A DNA stretch of 64,000 nucleotides from Microcoleus sp. (GTDB lineage Bacteria; Cyanobacteriota; Cyanobacteriia; Cyanobacteriales; Microcoleaceae), in contig JAYFMW010000005.1 in the NCBI GenBank assembly GCA_042408215.1, forward strand, positions 448,001 through 512,000. Direction: 5' to 3'. Positions 1-10,692 of the stretch are shown one piece after another. Below the pieces are notes generated by a model. It ran no database searches. It was given only the letters and a program-made list of their open reading frames with translations, and was not told where the DNA came from. Position numbers and translations under genes: made by a program. Numbering within the stretch: the stretch's first letter is position 1; each line of letters opens with the position of its first letter.

Positions 1-14
1 TTCAATTTTAGCTA

Positions 15-464
15 GACAGGAATCCCCACAATATACCTAAAGAAGGTTAGTGTAGGATGAAGGCACTGGCTCCGAGGATTCCACCCGTGGTCGATGAGCC
101 CTTCAGATCCAACCCATAGCTCAGGACTCAGGGTAAACTCTGTCGAACCGTTCATCATCTCATCAGCATAGCTTTGAGCAGTGAACCGGTGGATGACGAT
201 CCGAACCCAACGACTGCGTCGATCCGCTCGCGAAGCCTTGTACCCTCGAAGTGTCGAAGTGTTCGACTACCCACGCACCATCGAAGGGCGATCGGGCATC
301 GCAAATTCCTTGTTATCATATGATCGGTGAGACCCGACCAGTTCCTCACTTGAAAACGCCATAGAGGGAAACGATGGTCGTACCAGCCCAGGAAGTTCAA
401 GGGTATCCTTCACAGGACTGAGGCGCCCAAACCAGAACCCTTGCGATTGGTGTGGGAGTGTCAA
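15..464 (+). mobile_element. Probable degenerate non-autonomous IS200/IS605 derivative upstream of hoxE
   Basis: Ends in AGAACCC...GGGAGTGTCAA, like the right ends at 35040, 45620 and 51816. The 5' part GGAATCCCCAC...GTGTAGGATGAAGG resembles a left-end hairpin. No ORF. Confidence 0.4.
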
Positions 465-492
465 ATATTGAACTTTAGATTGTTAAAAAATT

Positions 493-1020
493 ATGGATTC
501 CACTTCTGTCAAGGTAAAAGGTAAAGCCACCGGAGTTACCGCAACAGCGCATCCCAGCGGCGATAAGCGCTTCAAAGTTCTAGATGTAACTATGAAGCGC
601 CATCGGTATCAGCAAGATGCGCTGATTGAAATTCTCCACAAGGCTCAAGAATTATTCGGCTATCTCGAAGACGATCTCTTACTTTACGTGGCCCACAGCT
701 TAAAACTGCCACAAAGCAAAGTTTATGGGGTAGCAACTTTCTACCATTTATTCTCACTAAAACCCAAGGGAGTTCATACTTGCGTGGTATGTACGGGAAC
801 CGCTTGTTATGTAAAAGGTGCCCAAACTTTGTTAGCAACCGTAGAAAAGTTTGCTAATATTCACGCAGGTGAAACAACACCAGATAACCAACTTTCCTTA
901 ACCACAGCCCGTTGTATTGGGGCCTGTGGGATTGCGCCGGCGGTGGTGTTTGATGGTAAAGTGGCGAGTCAGGTGACACCAGAGGCGGCGTGCGATCGCA
1001 TTAAAGATTGGATTGGGTAA
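493..1020 (+). CDS. hoxE: Bidirectional hydrogenase diaphorase subunit HoxE (NuoE-like, 2Fe-2S)
   Basis: GVATFYHLFSL, CVVCTGTACYVKG and RCIGACGIAP 2Fe-2S motifs; upstream of hoxF. Confidence 0.93.
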   Translation: MDSTSVKVKGKATGVTATAHPSGDKRFKVLDVTMKRHRYQQDALIEILHKAQELFGYLEDDLLLYVAHSLKLPQSKVYGVATFYHLFSLKPKGVHTCVVCTGTACYVKGAQTLLATVEKFANIHAGETTPDNQLSLTTARCIGACGIAPAVVFDGKVASQVTPEAACDRIKDWIG

Positions 1021-1133
1021 TTGGTAATTGGTAATTGGTAATTGGTAATTGTTAATTGCTAATTGCTAATTGCTAATTGCTAATTGTTAATTGCTAATTG
1101 CTAATTGTTAATTGCTAATTGCTAATTGCTAAT
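1016..1133. repeat. STRR heptamer array (GGTAATT/GCTAATT)n
   Basis: About 16 tandem 7-mers directly after the hoxE stop. Confidence 0.95.
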
Positions 1134-1197
1134 TAGTAAAAAGTAATTCCTAATTTCCAAGTCCTAATTACCAATTCGTCATAATGGAGATAAAAAT

Positions 1198-2784
1198 ATG
1201 GAGTTAACTGAACTGCTAGAGATTGGAGAAAAAGAGCGCAAACAACAGAAAAATATTCGCGTTCATTGTTGCACCTCAACGGGTTGTCAAGCTGCTAACT
1301 CGCTGTTGGTAAAAAAAGAGATGGAACAGGCGGTAGTAGCCAATGGATTGAGCGATCGCGTGCAAGTTGTTGGAGTCGGTTGCATGGGATTTTGTGGTAT
1401 GGGGCCAATCGTAGAAATCGAGCCTCAAGATACACTTTACGAAAAAGTTACCCCCGAACAAGCTCCCTCAATTATTGAGGCTTTAAATGGTGGCGAAACC
1501 ACAGCTTTAAAAGGCGATCCCAATCATCCATTTTTTGCCCAACAGTTGAAAATTGTCCGGGAACATAGCGGCAAAATTGACCCGGAAAAAATCGAAGAAT
1601 ATATCGCAATTGGTGGCTATCAAGCGCTTTATCATGCTATCCATGAAATGACCCCCGCTGAAGTAGTTCAAGAAATCACTAAATCGGGATTACGGGGACG
1701 AGGTGGTGCAGGTTTTCCCACAGGTTTAAAGTGGGCAACTGTGGCAAAAATGCCAACCGGACAAAAGTATGTAATTTGCAATGGTGACGAAGGCGATCCG
1801 GGGGCGTTTATGGATCGTAGCGTATTAGAAAGCGATCCCCATAAAGTATTAGAAGGAATGGCGATCGCAGGTTACGCCGTCGGTGCCAATCAAGGCTATC
1901 TTTATGTTCGGGCTGAATATCCTTTAGCCATTCACCGCTTAGAAATTGCCATCAAACAAGGTAAGAAGCTAGGCGTTTTAGGTTCTCAAGTCTTTGGTTC
2001 TTCCTTCGATTTTCGCATAGATATCCGCGTCGGTGCCGGGGCCTTTGTCTGCGGTGAAGAAACGGCTTTAATTTCCTCCGTTGAAGGCGGGCGCGGCAAT
2101 CCCCGTCCTCGTCCACCTTACCCCGCCCAATCTGGTTTGTGGGGGAATCCAACGCTAATTAATAACGTGGAAACCTTAGCAAATATCGCGCCAATTATTG
2201 ATAGAGGCGCCGACTGGTTTGCGAGTATTGGGACAGAGAAAAGTAAAGGCACAAAAATCTTTTCTTTGACCGGAAAAATCCGCAACAATGGTTTAATTGA
2301 AGTGCCGATGGGCATTAGTTTGCGGGAGATAGTTGAAAACATGGGTGGCGGTGTTCCCGGAGGTAGTGTAAAGGCTGTACAAACGGGTGGGCCTTCTGGG
2401 GGTTGTATTCCGGCGACGGCGTTAGATACTCCTGTGGATTATGAGTCTTTAGCGAAGCTGGGATCGATAATGGGTTCTGGGGGAATGGTAGTTTTAGATC
2501 GGGATAGTAGCATGGTCGAAATTGCCCAATTTTATATGGAATTTTGCCAGGGCGAAACCTGTGGAAAGTGCATTCCCTGTCGTGCGGGGACTGTGCAAAT
2601 GTATCAAGCTTTAACTAAGATTTTAAATCGGCAAGCAACGATGGATGATTTAGAACAGTTAGAGCAACTTTGTGAAATGGTAAAAGCTACAAGTTTATGC
2701 GGTTTGGGACAATCAGCACCCAATCCAGTATTAAGCACATTGCGCTATTTCCGGCATGAATATCTGGAATTAATTAGTCATTAG
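1198..2784 (+). CDS. hoxF: Diaphorase subunit HoxF (NuoF-like; FMN/NAD, 4Fe-4S)
   Basis: [40 protein letters not shown]...SLCGLG; N-terminal thioredoxin-like 2Fe-2S domain. Confidence 0.95.
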   Translation: MELTELLEIGEKERKQQKNIRVHCCTSTGCQAANSLLVKKEMEQAVVANGLSDRVQVVGVGCMGFCGMGPIVEIEPQDTLYEKVTPEQAPSIIEALNGGETTALKGDPNHPFFAQQLKIVREHSGKIDPEKIEEYIAIGGYQALYHAIHEMTPAEVVQEITKSGLRGRGGAGFPTGLKWATVAKMPTGQKYVICNGDEGDPGAFMDRSVLESDPHKVLEGMAIAGYAVGANQGYLYVRAEYPLAIHRLEIAIKQGKKLGVLGSQVFGSSFDFRIDIRVGAGAFVCGEETALISSVEGGRGNPRPRPPYPAQSGLWGNPTLINNVETLANIAPIIDRGADWFASIGTEKSKGTKIFSLTGKIRNNGLIEVPMGISLREIVENMGGGVPGGSVKAVQTGGPSGGCIPATALDTPVDYESLAKLGSIMGSGGMVVLDRDSSMVEIAQFYMEFCQGETCGKCIPCRAGTVQMYQALTKILNRQATMDDLEQLEQLCEMVKATSLCGLGQSAPNPVLSTLRYFRHEYLELISH

Positions 2785-2902
2785 TCATCGATCATTGGTA
2801 ATTAGTGGGTACTAATTACCAATGACTAATCACCATTGAATTTCTGAAATTCTTTGAATTCGTGTTACGATCGCTGCTCAAAAAAACTCTAGAGAATTGA
2901 AA

Positions 2903-5524
2903 ATGAAAGTCACGAATGTTGATGAATTGGAATTGTTGATTCAAAGGGTAAAAGCGGCGCAAACTGAATTTGCCACCTATACTCAAGAGCAAGTCGATCG
3001 CATCTTTAAACAAGCTGCTCTCGCTGCTAGTGCTGCCCGTATTCCCTTAGCCAAGGCGGCGGTGAAAGAATCTGGCATGGGTGTGATCGAAGATAAAGCG
3101 ATCAAAAATCATTTTGCCTCAGAAATGATTTACAACAAATACAAGAATGACAAAACTTGTGGCGTAATTGAATCAGACAAACATTTTGGCTATGAGCGCA
3201 TTGCCGAACCCGTCGGACTCCTAGCGGGGATCGTACCTGTCACCAATCCCACTTCGACCACCATTTTCAAGTCTTTGATTGCTTTAAAAACGAGAAATGG
3301 GATCATTTTCTCACCCCATCCACGCGCTAAAAACTGCACGATCGCCGCGGCAAAAATTGTGCTTGATGCCGCCGTGGCTGCGGGTGCGCCCCCAGATATC
3401 ATTGGCTGGATTGATGAGCCAACCGTGCCACTTTCCCAAGCTTTGATGCAGCACCACAATATCAAGCTGATTTTGGCAACAGGTGGGCCAGGGATGGTCA
3501 AAGCCGCCTACTCTTCAGGACATCCTTCCCTCGGTGTGGGCGCAGGTAACACTCCCGCGATCGTTGATGAAACCGCGCATATTCAAATGGCGGTGAGTTC
3601 GATTCTGCTGAGTAAAACCTTTGACAATGGCACGATTTGCGCTTCAGAACAGTCGGTGATTGTGGTAGATGCAGTTTATGAAACTGTCAGAGAGGAATTC
3701 ATCAAGCGCGGTGCTTATTTCCTCAATTCAGAAGAACGTGACCAAGTACGAAAGGTGATTTTAACCGATGGACGTTTGAATGCTGAAATCGTTGGACAGT
3801 CGGTGCTCAAAATCGCAGAAGTTGCTGGTTTTGAAGTGCCAGTGAATACAAAAGTTTTGATTGGAGAAGTCGAAACGATCGCCAAAGATGAACCCTTTGC
3901 TTATGAGAAACTTTCGCCGATCCTGGCCATGTACCGCGCTCAGGATTTTAATGATGCCGTAGAAAAGGCTGAATCATTGATCTTCTTCGGTGGACATGGA
4001 CATACTTCGGTGCTGTACACGGCTCCAAACAATCAGAAGCATATTCATTATTTTGAAACCAAGGTCGAAACTTCGCGGGTGCTGATTAATACACCATCTT
4101 CTCAAGGGGCGATCGGCGATCTTTACAATTTTCGACTCGATCCCTCACTGACACTTGGTTGTGGTAGCTGGGGCGATAATTCCATTTCGGCAAATGTGAC
4201 ACCACATCATCTGCTGAATATCAAAACCGTCGCCTCGCGTCGTGAGAATATGCTATGGTTTCGCATCCCACCGAAGATTTACTTCAAATCGGGCTGTTTA
4301 CCTGTGGCGCTGCGGGATCTGGCCGGCAAAAAACGCGCTCTGATTGTCACCGATCGCCCTTTATTTGAACTCGGTTTGATCAAAGAAGTCACTGATAGTT
4401 TGGAAGAAATCGGCATCGCCCACTATACCTTTTATGATGTCGAACCAGATCCTTCCTTAGCCACAGTTAACAAAGGTTTGGAAATCTGCAATAGCTTCCA
4501 TCCCGATGTGATTATTGCCTTTGGTGGTGGCTCGCCGATGGATGCCGCCAAGGTGATGTGGTTGATGTACGAACATCCCGAGATCGAGTTTGAAGGATTG
4601 GCGATGCGGTTTATGGATATTCGCAAGCGTGTCTATGAGCTTCCACCCTTGGGCGGAAAAGCAATCATGGTATCAATTCCCACCACATCGGGAACTGGTT
4701 CAGAAGTTACACCTTTTGCGGTGGTGAAAGATGAGAAATCTGGCATCAAATATCCCCTGGCCGATTATGCTTTGACTCCGAATATTGCGATCGTCGATCC
4801 CGAACTGACGATGCATATACCAAAACGACTCACAGCCTATGGCGGCATTGATGCGCTGACTCATGCGCTCGAAGCTTACGTTTCGGTATTGGCTTCTGAA
4901 TATACCAATGGATTAGCACTAGAAGCAATTCGTCTGTTGTTCAAATATCTGCCCAGTGCTTACAAAAATGGTGCGAATGATCCCAAAGCACGGGAAAAAG
5001 TCCATTATGCCGCCACCATCGCCGGCATGGCATTTGCTAACGCTTTCCTAGGAGTTTGTCATTCCATCGCCCACCAGTTAGGCGGAACTTGTCACATTCC
5101 GCATGGTTTAGCAAACGCGCTGATGATTTCCCATGTGATTCGTTACAATGCGACAGATGTTCCGTTTAAGCAAGCGATTTTCTCGCAGAACAAATATCCC
5201 AATAGCAAGTGGCGCTATGCGCGGATTGCGGACTATCTGAATTTGGGTGGTGAGACTGAAGAGGAAAAAGTGGTGAAGTTGATTGAGGCTGTGGAAGATC
5301 TAAAACGTCAAGTTGATATTCCTGACACAATTCAAGAGGTACTCTCAGCCCAGGGTGTCAGCGATGACTTTTTCTTGGCGCGTGTCGAAGAAATGGCAGA
5401 TCAGGCTTTTGACGATCAATGCACAGGCGCAAATCCTCGCTATCCTCTGATTGAAGATCTCAAGCAGTTGATGATGCAAGCCTATTCTCATACAGCACTT
5501 GGCGTTCTAACTAAAACTAAATAG
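2903..5524 (+). CDS. adhE: Bifunctional acetaldehyde-CoA/alcohol dehydrogenase
   Basis: ALDH half (PVTNPTST, ATGGPGMV, GVGAGNTP, ICASEQ), RRENMLWF linker, Fe-ADH half (GGGSPMDAAK, PTTSGTGSE, DALTHALE). Confidence 0.96.
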   Translation: MKVTNVDELELLIQRVKAAQTEFATYTQEQVDRIFKQAALAASAARIPLAKAAVKESGMGVIEDKAIKNHFASEMIYNKYKNDKTCGVIESDKHFGYERIAEPVGLLAGIVPVTNPTSTTIFKSLIALKTRNGIIFSPHPRAKNCTIAAAKIVLDAAVAAGAPPDIIGWIDEPTVPLSQALMQHHNIKLILATGGPGMVKAAYSSGHPSLGVGAGNTPAIVDETAHIQMAVSSILLSKTFDNGTICASEQSVIVVDAVYETVREEFIKRGAYFLNSEERDQVRKVILTDGRLNAEIVGQSVLKIAEVAGFEVPVNTKVLIGEVETIAKDEPFAYEKLSPILAMYRAQDFNDAVEKAESLIFFGGHGHTSVLYTAPNNQKHIHYFETKVETSRVLINTPSSQGAIGDLYNFRLDPSLTLGCGSWGDNSISANVTPHHLLNIKTVASRRENMLWFRIPPKIYFKSGCLPVALRDLAGKKRALIVTDRPLFELGLIKEVTDSLEEIGIAHYTFYDVEPDPSLATVNKGLEICNSFHPDVIIAFGGGSPMDAAKVMWLMYEHPEIEFEGLAMRFMDIRKRVYELPPLGGKAIMVSIPTTSGTGSEVTPFAVVKDEKSGIKYPLADYALTPNIAIVDPELTMHIPKRLTAYGGIDALTHALEAYVSVLASEYTNGLALEAIRLLFKYLPSAYKNGANDPKAREKVHYAATIAGMAFANAFLGVCHSIAHQLGGTCHIPHGLANALMISHVIRYNATDVPFKQAIFSQNKYPNSKWRYARIADYLNLGGETEEEKVVKLIEAVEDLKRQVDIPDTIQEVLSAQGVSDDFFLARVEEMADQAFDDQCTGANPRYPLIEDLKQLMMQAYSHTALGVLTKTK

Positions 5525-5562
5525 TTTTTGTAAAAGGGTGTTCTAGAATTAGAGATAGTGCC

Positions 5563-5830
5563 GTAATATCAAGTCCGTTAGCAACAGACTTGATATTACT
5601 GGAAATGTTACCGCTTTACGCAATCCTTGTAGGGACACGGCAATGCCGTGTCCCTACCGTGTTTCATAACAGTAGGGACACGGCAATGCCGTGTCCCTAC
5701 TGCTGTATCAAGACACGGCAATGCCGTGTCCCTACTGCTGTATCAAGTCCGTTAGCAACAGACTTGATATTACTGGAAATGTTACCGCTTTACGCAATCC
5801 TTGTAGGGACACGGCAATGCCGTGTCCCTA
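5563..5830. repeat. Cluster of REP-like palindromes GTAGGGACACGGCAATGCCGTGTCCCTAC within a duplicated ~90-bp unit
   Basis: Palindromes at 5629, 5672, about 5711 (partial) and 5803; hairpin GTAATATCAAGTC...GACTTGATATTAC at 5563-5599. Same family at 27126, 29693-29757, 62346 and 63568-63641. Confidence 0.9.
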
Positions 5831-5958
5831 TCTGTATGGCAACGCGCCGATCGCATAGTAAGAGTTAAAAAATGTTAAGAAACCAGAGATTATGTAGATC
5901 AGCTAATTAATTGATGTATAATGTAGTCAATCAAATTTTAAACTCCTGGATAATTATC

Positions 5959-6975
5959 ATGGTACAAAATACAAAATTTCAAGCCTATGCCTCTTTAAAG
6001 GTAGGCGAAAAACTCCAACAATGGGAATATGAACCAGCCCCTTTATCTCTCAATGATGTGGAGATTGAAGTTACTCACAATGGGTTGTGTCACACCGATA
6101 TTCACATGAGGGATAATGACTGGAATGTTAGTAAATTTCCCCTCGTAGCAGGTCATGAAGTAGTCGGAAAAGTAACTCAACTTGGGGAAGAAGTTACTGG
6201 TTTGCAAATCGGCGATCGCGTCGGTTTTGGGTGGATTCGTAATTCTTGTCGAGTCTGTGACGCTTGTTTACGCGGAGAAGAAAACGTTTGTCGCCAAGGC
6301 TATACAGGATTAATTGTGGGGAATCATGGCGGCTTTGCGAACAAATTACGAGTTTCCGCTGATTTTGCCTACAAAATACCTGATGGTTTAGATTCTGCCA
6401 GTGCAGCCCCCCTATTATGTGCTGGAATTACGGTTTATAGCCCCTTAAGGACCTATATCAAATATCCGGGGGCAAAAGTGGGAGTGGTGGGGATTGGAGG
6501 ATTAGGACATCTGGCGATTAAATTTGCCCGTGCAATGGGAGCAGAAGTTACTGCTTTTTCTACATCTCCTGATAAAGAAGCTGAAGCTAAAGAATTTGGG
6601 GCGCATCATTTCTGTAATTGGAAAAATGCCGAACAAATCAAAGAAGCAAGTGCTACGCAAGATCTACTTTTAAGTACAGTTTCCTCGGAAATTGATTGGG
6701 AGCAAGCCTTTGGTTTATTAGCAAATAACGGAGTTTTATGCTTGGCGGGGCTTCCTGTTTCTATCCTGAATATTCCCCTACTTTCTTTAGTATTTGGTCA
6801 AAAAGCGATCGCAGGTAGTGTAGTTGGTGGACGGCGTTTTATGAAAGAAATGCTGGAATTTGTCGCCCTTCACCAAATTAAACCGATGATTGAAACCATG
6901 CCGATTTCGCAGATTAATGAAGCAATGGATAAAGTAGTAGCAAATAAAGCTCGTTATCGAATTGTTTTAGTTTAA
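5959..6975 (+). CDS. Zn-dependent NAD(P)-linked alcohol dehydrogenase (cinnamyl-ADH family)
   Basis: GLCHTD, GHEVVG, CRVCDAC...C structural Zn site, APLLCAGITVYSPL, GIGGLGH. Confidence 0.93.
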   Translation: MVQNTKFQAYASLKVGEKLQQWEYEPAPLSLNDVEIEVTHNGLCHTDIHMRDNDWNVSKFPLVAGHEVVGKVTQLGEEVTGLQIGDRVGFGWIRNSCRVCDACLRGEENVCRQGYTGLIVGNHGGFANKLRVSADFAYKIPDGLDSASAAPLLCAGITVYSPLRTYIKYPGAKVGVVGIGGLGHLAIKFARAMGAEVTAFSTSPDKEAEAKEFGAHHFCNWKNAEQIKEASATQDLLLSTVSSEIDWEQAFGLLANNGVLCLAGLPVSILNIPLLSLVFGQKAIAGSVVGGRRFMKEMLEFVALHQIKPMIETMPISQINEAMDKVVANKARYRIVLV

Positions 6976-7171
6976 TCATTAGGGTGCGTGATCTTTCAAT
7001 AACACGCACCTTATTCCTTCAGAAACAGGAGTTAATTCTTTTAACATTTGAAACGTCAAGTTGATCTGACTGCCACAATTCAAGAGGCACGATTTAGAAG
7101 CAAGAAGCAAGAAGTAATAAGGAAGAATGCTCATATAGCAAGCTTTTGAGCCATCTGTATCTTAGGTTGAA

Positions 7172-9694
7172 TTAGGTGGATTCACCTAAAAGTTGTTGAA
7201 TAGTGGTTACCAATTGCTTCAGCTTAACTGGCTTAGTTATATAATCATTGGCTCCTGCTTCTAAGCAACGATCGCGATCGCCCGTCATGGCTAAAGCAGT
7301 TAGGGCAACGATCGGCACATCGACTAAGTTTGGAATACGACGGATCTGCTGCATAGCTTCTATTCCATCCATCCCAGGCATTTGGATATCCATCAAAATC
7401 AAATCAGGCTGCTGACTTATTGCCAGATCAATAGCTTCTTGACCATTTTTAGCCTGCAGAATGCGATAGCCCTTAGCTCCCAGGTAGCTAGAAACCGTAC
7501 TGATATTGGCTTCATTATCTTCTGCTAAGAGGATCAGGGGCTGCTCGACAACAACAGGTTGAGGAAAGATTTTAGATATAGCGATCTCTTCCAGACTTTG
7601 AACTGGATCGGGAGATAGAGATAAAGTTAGGTTTGGCTGGTTTTTTGTGCGGCACAGATAAGGCAACCGGACAGTAAAACAGCTACCCTTTCCCATTTGG
7701 CTATGAAGGCTGATATCCCCTCCATGTAGTTCGACAATTTGCCTCACCAGCGTCAGTCCCAACCCTGTACCTTCGTATTGACGGTTGAGTTTACTGTCCA
7801 CCTGCACAAAGGGGCGAAAGATTTTGCTCTGATCGTTAGAATCAATGCCAATGCCTGTATCAATCACAGAAATACAGAGGTAATACCTGTTTTCCAAAGG
7901 ACAGGATTCTAAATTTGAGTAAAGCTGAGACATCTCCTGTGGCTTAGTCAAAAGTATGTGTTCTGCTAAGTTTATTTCTATCTGTTGATAGTACACTTTT
8001 AGGCTTACTTGCCCTCCGGTGAGGGTAAATTTAACCGCATTAGTCAACAGGTTGATCAACACCTGTCGGATGCGGCGTTCATCTAGAAACATTTCTCTCA
8101 GATCTGGCGGTAAGATCAAATTTAGTTGAATCTTTTTTTTGAAGGCCTGTGATTTAACAAAGTCCAAACTGGATTGGCAAAGATGCGCGACTGAAATTGA
8201 GGTGCAATCTAGTAATATCTGTCCAGCTTCAATTTTGGCCACATCCAGAATATCATTGATCAACGACAGCAAATGAGAACTACTCCGCTCAATGGTTTGC
8301 AATGCTTTAATTTGTCGCTCATTCACCACGCCAAAGACATTTTCTTGTAGCCCTTCAGTCATGCCTAGAATGGCATTTAAGGGAGTGCGAAGTTCGTGAC
8401 TCATACTAGCGAGAAACTCGTCCTTAAGACGGGTGGCACGGGTGAGTTCCTCATTGGTTGTTTGCAATTCAACTTCATATTGTTTGCGATCGGCAATATC
8501 TGTAATCGTACCAATCGCCCTGACAGATGTACCATGCTTATTTTTTACCACTTGCCCCCGCGATAAAAACCAATGGGTCGTACCATCCGCCTTGAGGAGA
8601 CGATGTTCGCAAGAAAACTCAGAAGTTTTTTCTTCTAAATGGGCTTGTAATGCTTGTAAAAACAGAGGGCGATCGTCAATATAAATATAATTGACCCAGG
8701 TCTTAAGATGAAAATTCTTGCTGAATTCAAAATTTTCATAACTCAGCCACTCTTGAATACCTCGATCTAAAATAAATATATTGGTTTTCAGATCCAAATC
8801 CCACACCCATACTTTGGCCGCACGGGTGGCTAATTCATAGCGTTGGGCAACCTGGGCATATTTACGCTCAACTATTTCTAGTTCCATTTGCTTGTAGGCT
8901 TTTAACTCTTGAAAAACCGCTGCAAATGTTGCCCCTAAAAAACTAATTTCATTGTTAGGCAAGGTAGGTAAAGAAAACACATCTTGACCTTCACTCTGGA
9001 TAATGGCTAGATTAATTTTATCTAAGGGAGATAACACTAATCGCCGAATTAGCCAACTCATAAATACTAGAATTAGCAAGGCACTGACTGCCATCGTCAG
9101 AATAGAAGATAAGGCACTTTGCAATGCGTCTTGCTCCATTTTTTGCAGATCCATCACGGCGATCGCTACTCCTCGGTGTTTCCTATCCGCCGGAGAACCA
9201 ACCCCTACTTGATTGAATAAAGTGCTACTAAAGGGCAGCATTTGGACCACAACAGTTTTTCCCTGCAAAACCGTGTGGATATTCTTGTCTATCCCCTGCT
9301 CAGAAACCTGTTGCCAGGTTAAGGCCAGAGTTGGGTGAAGTTTGGCATAGTGGCGGTCCTCGATCGCATTTAGGGCAAATTCATTGCTATGGGCCAGCAA
9401 AATTCCTTGAGGATCGACAATGGAAACTTCTATTACTGCCGGCAAGGTAGCATAGTTTTGAACAATGCGTTCTAAAAGAAGCATTTCTTTAATTTCAATC
9501 AATCCTTCAGAAGCAAATTCAAGCCCATAGGTAATGCTCTCTGCTCGTTGTTGTATTTGTTCCTCCAAATTGTGCCGCAGGGAAGCAGAAGTAATCGACA
9601 ATGTGGCGATACTAATCACAATTAAAGATAATGCAAAACCCCCCAGCAATTGCTGAAATAGTTTGCGTTTATGAAATCGTTTTGGCTTTTTCAT
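7172..9694 (-). CDS. Membrane hybrid histidine kinase (2 TM, sensor, PAS, HisKA, HATPase, REC)
   Basis: [12 protein letters not shown]-box, [31 protein letters not shown] receiver. Start overlaps the SBP stop (ATGA). Confidence 0.93.
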   Translation of the reverse strand: MKKPKRFHKRKLFQQLLGGFALSLIVISIATLSITSASLRHNLEEQIQQRAESITYGLEFASEGLIEIKEMLLLERIVQNYATLPAVIEVSIVDPQGILLAHSNEFALNAIEDRHYAKLHPTLALTWQQVSEQGIDKNIHTVLQGKTVVVQMLPFSSTLFNQVGVGSPADRKHRGVAIAVMDLQKMEQDALQSALSSILTMAVSALLILVFMSWLIRRLVLSPLDKINLAIIQSEGQDVFSLPTLPNNEISFLGATFAAVFQELKAYKQMELEIVERKYAQVAQRYELATRAAKVWVWDLDLKTNIFILDRGIQEWLSYENFEFSKNFHLKTWVNYIYIDDRPLFLQALQAHLEEKTSEFSCEHRLLKADGTTHWFLSRGQVVKNKHGTSVRAIGTITDIADRKQYEVELQTTNEELTRATRLKDEFLASMSHELRTPLNAILGMTEGLQENVFGVVNERQIKALQTIERSSSHLLSLINDILDVAKIEAGQILLDCTSISVAHLCQSSLDFVKSQAFKKKIQLNLILPPDLREMFLDERRIRQVLINLLTNAVKFTLTGGQVSLKVYYQQIEINLAEHILLTKPQEMSQLYSNLESCPLENRYYLCISVIDTGIGIDSNDQSKIFRPFVQVDSKLNRQYEGTGLGLTLVRQIVELHGGDISLHSQMGKGSCFTVRLPYLCRTKNQPNLTLSLSPDPVQSLEEIAISKIFPQPVVVEQPLILLAEDNEANISTVSSYLGAKGYRILQAKNGQEAIDLAISQQPDLILMDIQMPGMDGIEAMQQIRRIPNLVDVPIVALTALAMTGDRDRCLEAGANDYITKPVKLKQLVTTIQQLLGEST

Positions 9695-10689
9695 TGCTGC
9701 CAATTTTTAGTAGCTTTGACGATTGGTTGAGCGTTAATTTCTACATAATCGCGAATGAGCCGCCCGTGCCGAGGATCTGCTAATAACAATTGTCTAGTCT
9801 GTTGCGAGGCTGCTTGTAACCGGCCACCTTCAAACATTCGGCGATTCATTTCCAAGTCACCTTTTTTCAGTCCTGCGTAATCTTTTGCAAATATCTCCAC
9901 TGTTGTTCCAAGTTGTTTGGCGACAGAAGCAAAAACTTCCTGGGGCTTAGTTTCTAGATCTTTCATTACATCAAACCAAGTTTCAATAAACCGGGTCAAT
10001 TCATCTTGTTTAGTCGTGGTAATACTCGAACGAGTTGCTAATCCATCAATCACCACACTATCCACATCCGCAGTGGTATAGATGACCTTTCTACCTTCTG
10101 CTTTAGCGGTATTTGATAAGAGCGGTTCCCAGAGTACAGATGCATTAACTTTGCCTTGCTTGAGCATGGCGGCTCCCCGTTCATTGATTGCATCCACAAT
10201 TTCTATCTCATTTGGTTGAAGTTGATTTGCCTTGAGCGCCTCCAACAAAACCAAGTGAGGAACAGTACCAAGCTTGACACTAACTTTCTTACCTTTTAAA
10301 TCTTTAACCGAGGTGATTTGAGACTCAGCCACAATGCCATCAGAACCAGTAGAAATATCAGCAACCATAATATAAACAGGAGCTTCCTGGTTGGGATCAA
10401 CCTGAATAACTTCGGCTAAAGGGACAAAGCTGGCATCTTGTGCGCCCCGCATGGTAGAGCGGATATTGTCTTGCTGATTAGTAAAGCGGACAAATTCCAC
10501 CTCTAAACCATGTTTGCGAAATAGCCCCGTTGCTTGGGCATATAAAGCCACTTGATAACCGGGCCAAGTATTCAGCCCCACCTTAAATGGTTTCAAGGCT
10601 CCTGCACCGAAACTACAACCCTTGATGAAAATTGCCATCAAGAAAGGTAAAAAAATTAAGGTTAAGAAAGTTAATTGCTGAGATTTCAT
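9691..10689 (-). CDS. ABC-type substrate-binding protein (NMT1/SsuA/TauA-like), probable lipoprotein
   Basis: Hydrophobic N-terminus with IKGC lipobox-like site; WPGY, DISTGSDGIVA, KDLKGKKV, WEP motifs. Confidence 0.85.
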   Translation of the reverse strand: MKSQQLTFLTLIFLPFLMAIFIKGCSFGAGALKPFKVGLNTWPGYQVALYAQATGLFRKHGLEVEFVRFTNQQDNIRSTMRGAQDASFVPLAEVIQVDPNQEAPVYIMVADISTGSDGIVAESQITSVKDLKGKKVSVKLGTVPHLVLLEALKANQLQPNEIEIVDAINERGAAMLKQGKVNASVLWEPLLSNTAKAEGRKVIYTTADVDSVVIDGLATRSSITTTKQDELTRFIETWFDVMKDLETKPQEVFASVAKQLGTTVEIFAKDYAGLKKGDLEMNRRMFEGGRLQAASQQTRQLLLADPRHGRLIRDYVEINAQPIVKATKNWQQ

Positions 10690-10692
10690 AAT

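Noticed and set aside
5563..5830. Repeated 29-bp palindromes as CRISPR
   Set aside because: Irregular spacing, duplicated intervening sequence, and the same palindrome is dispersed through the window.
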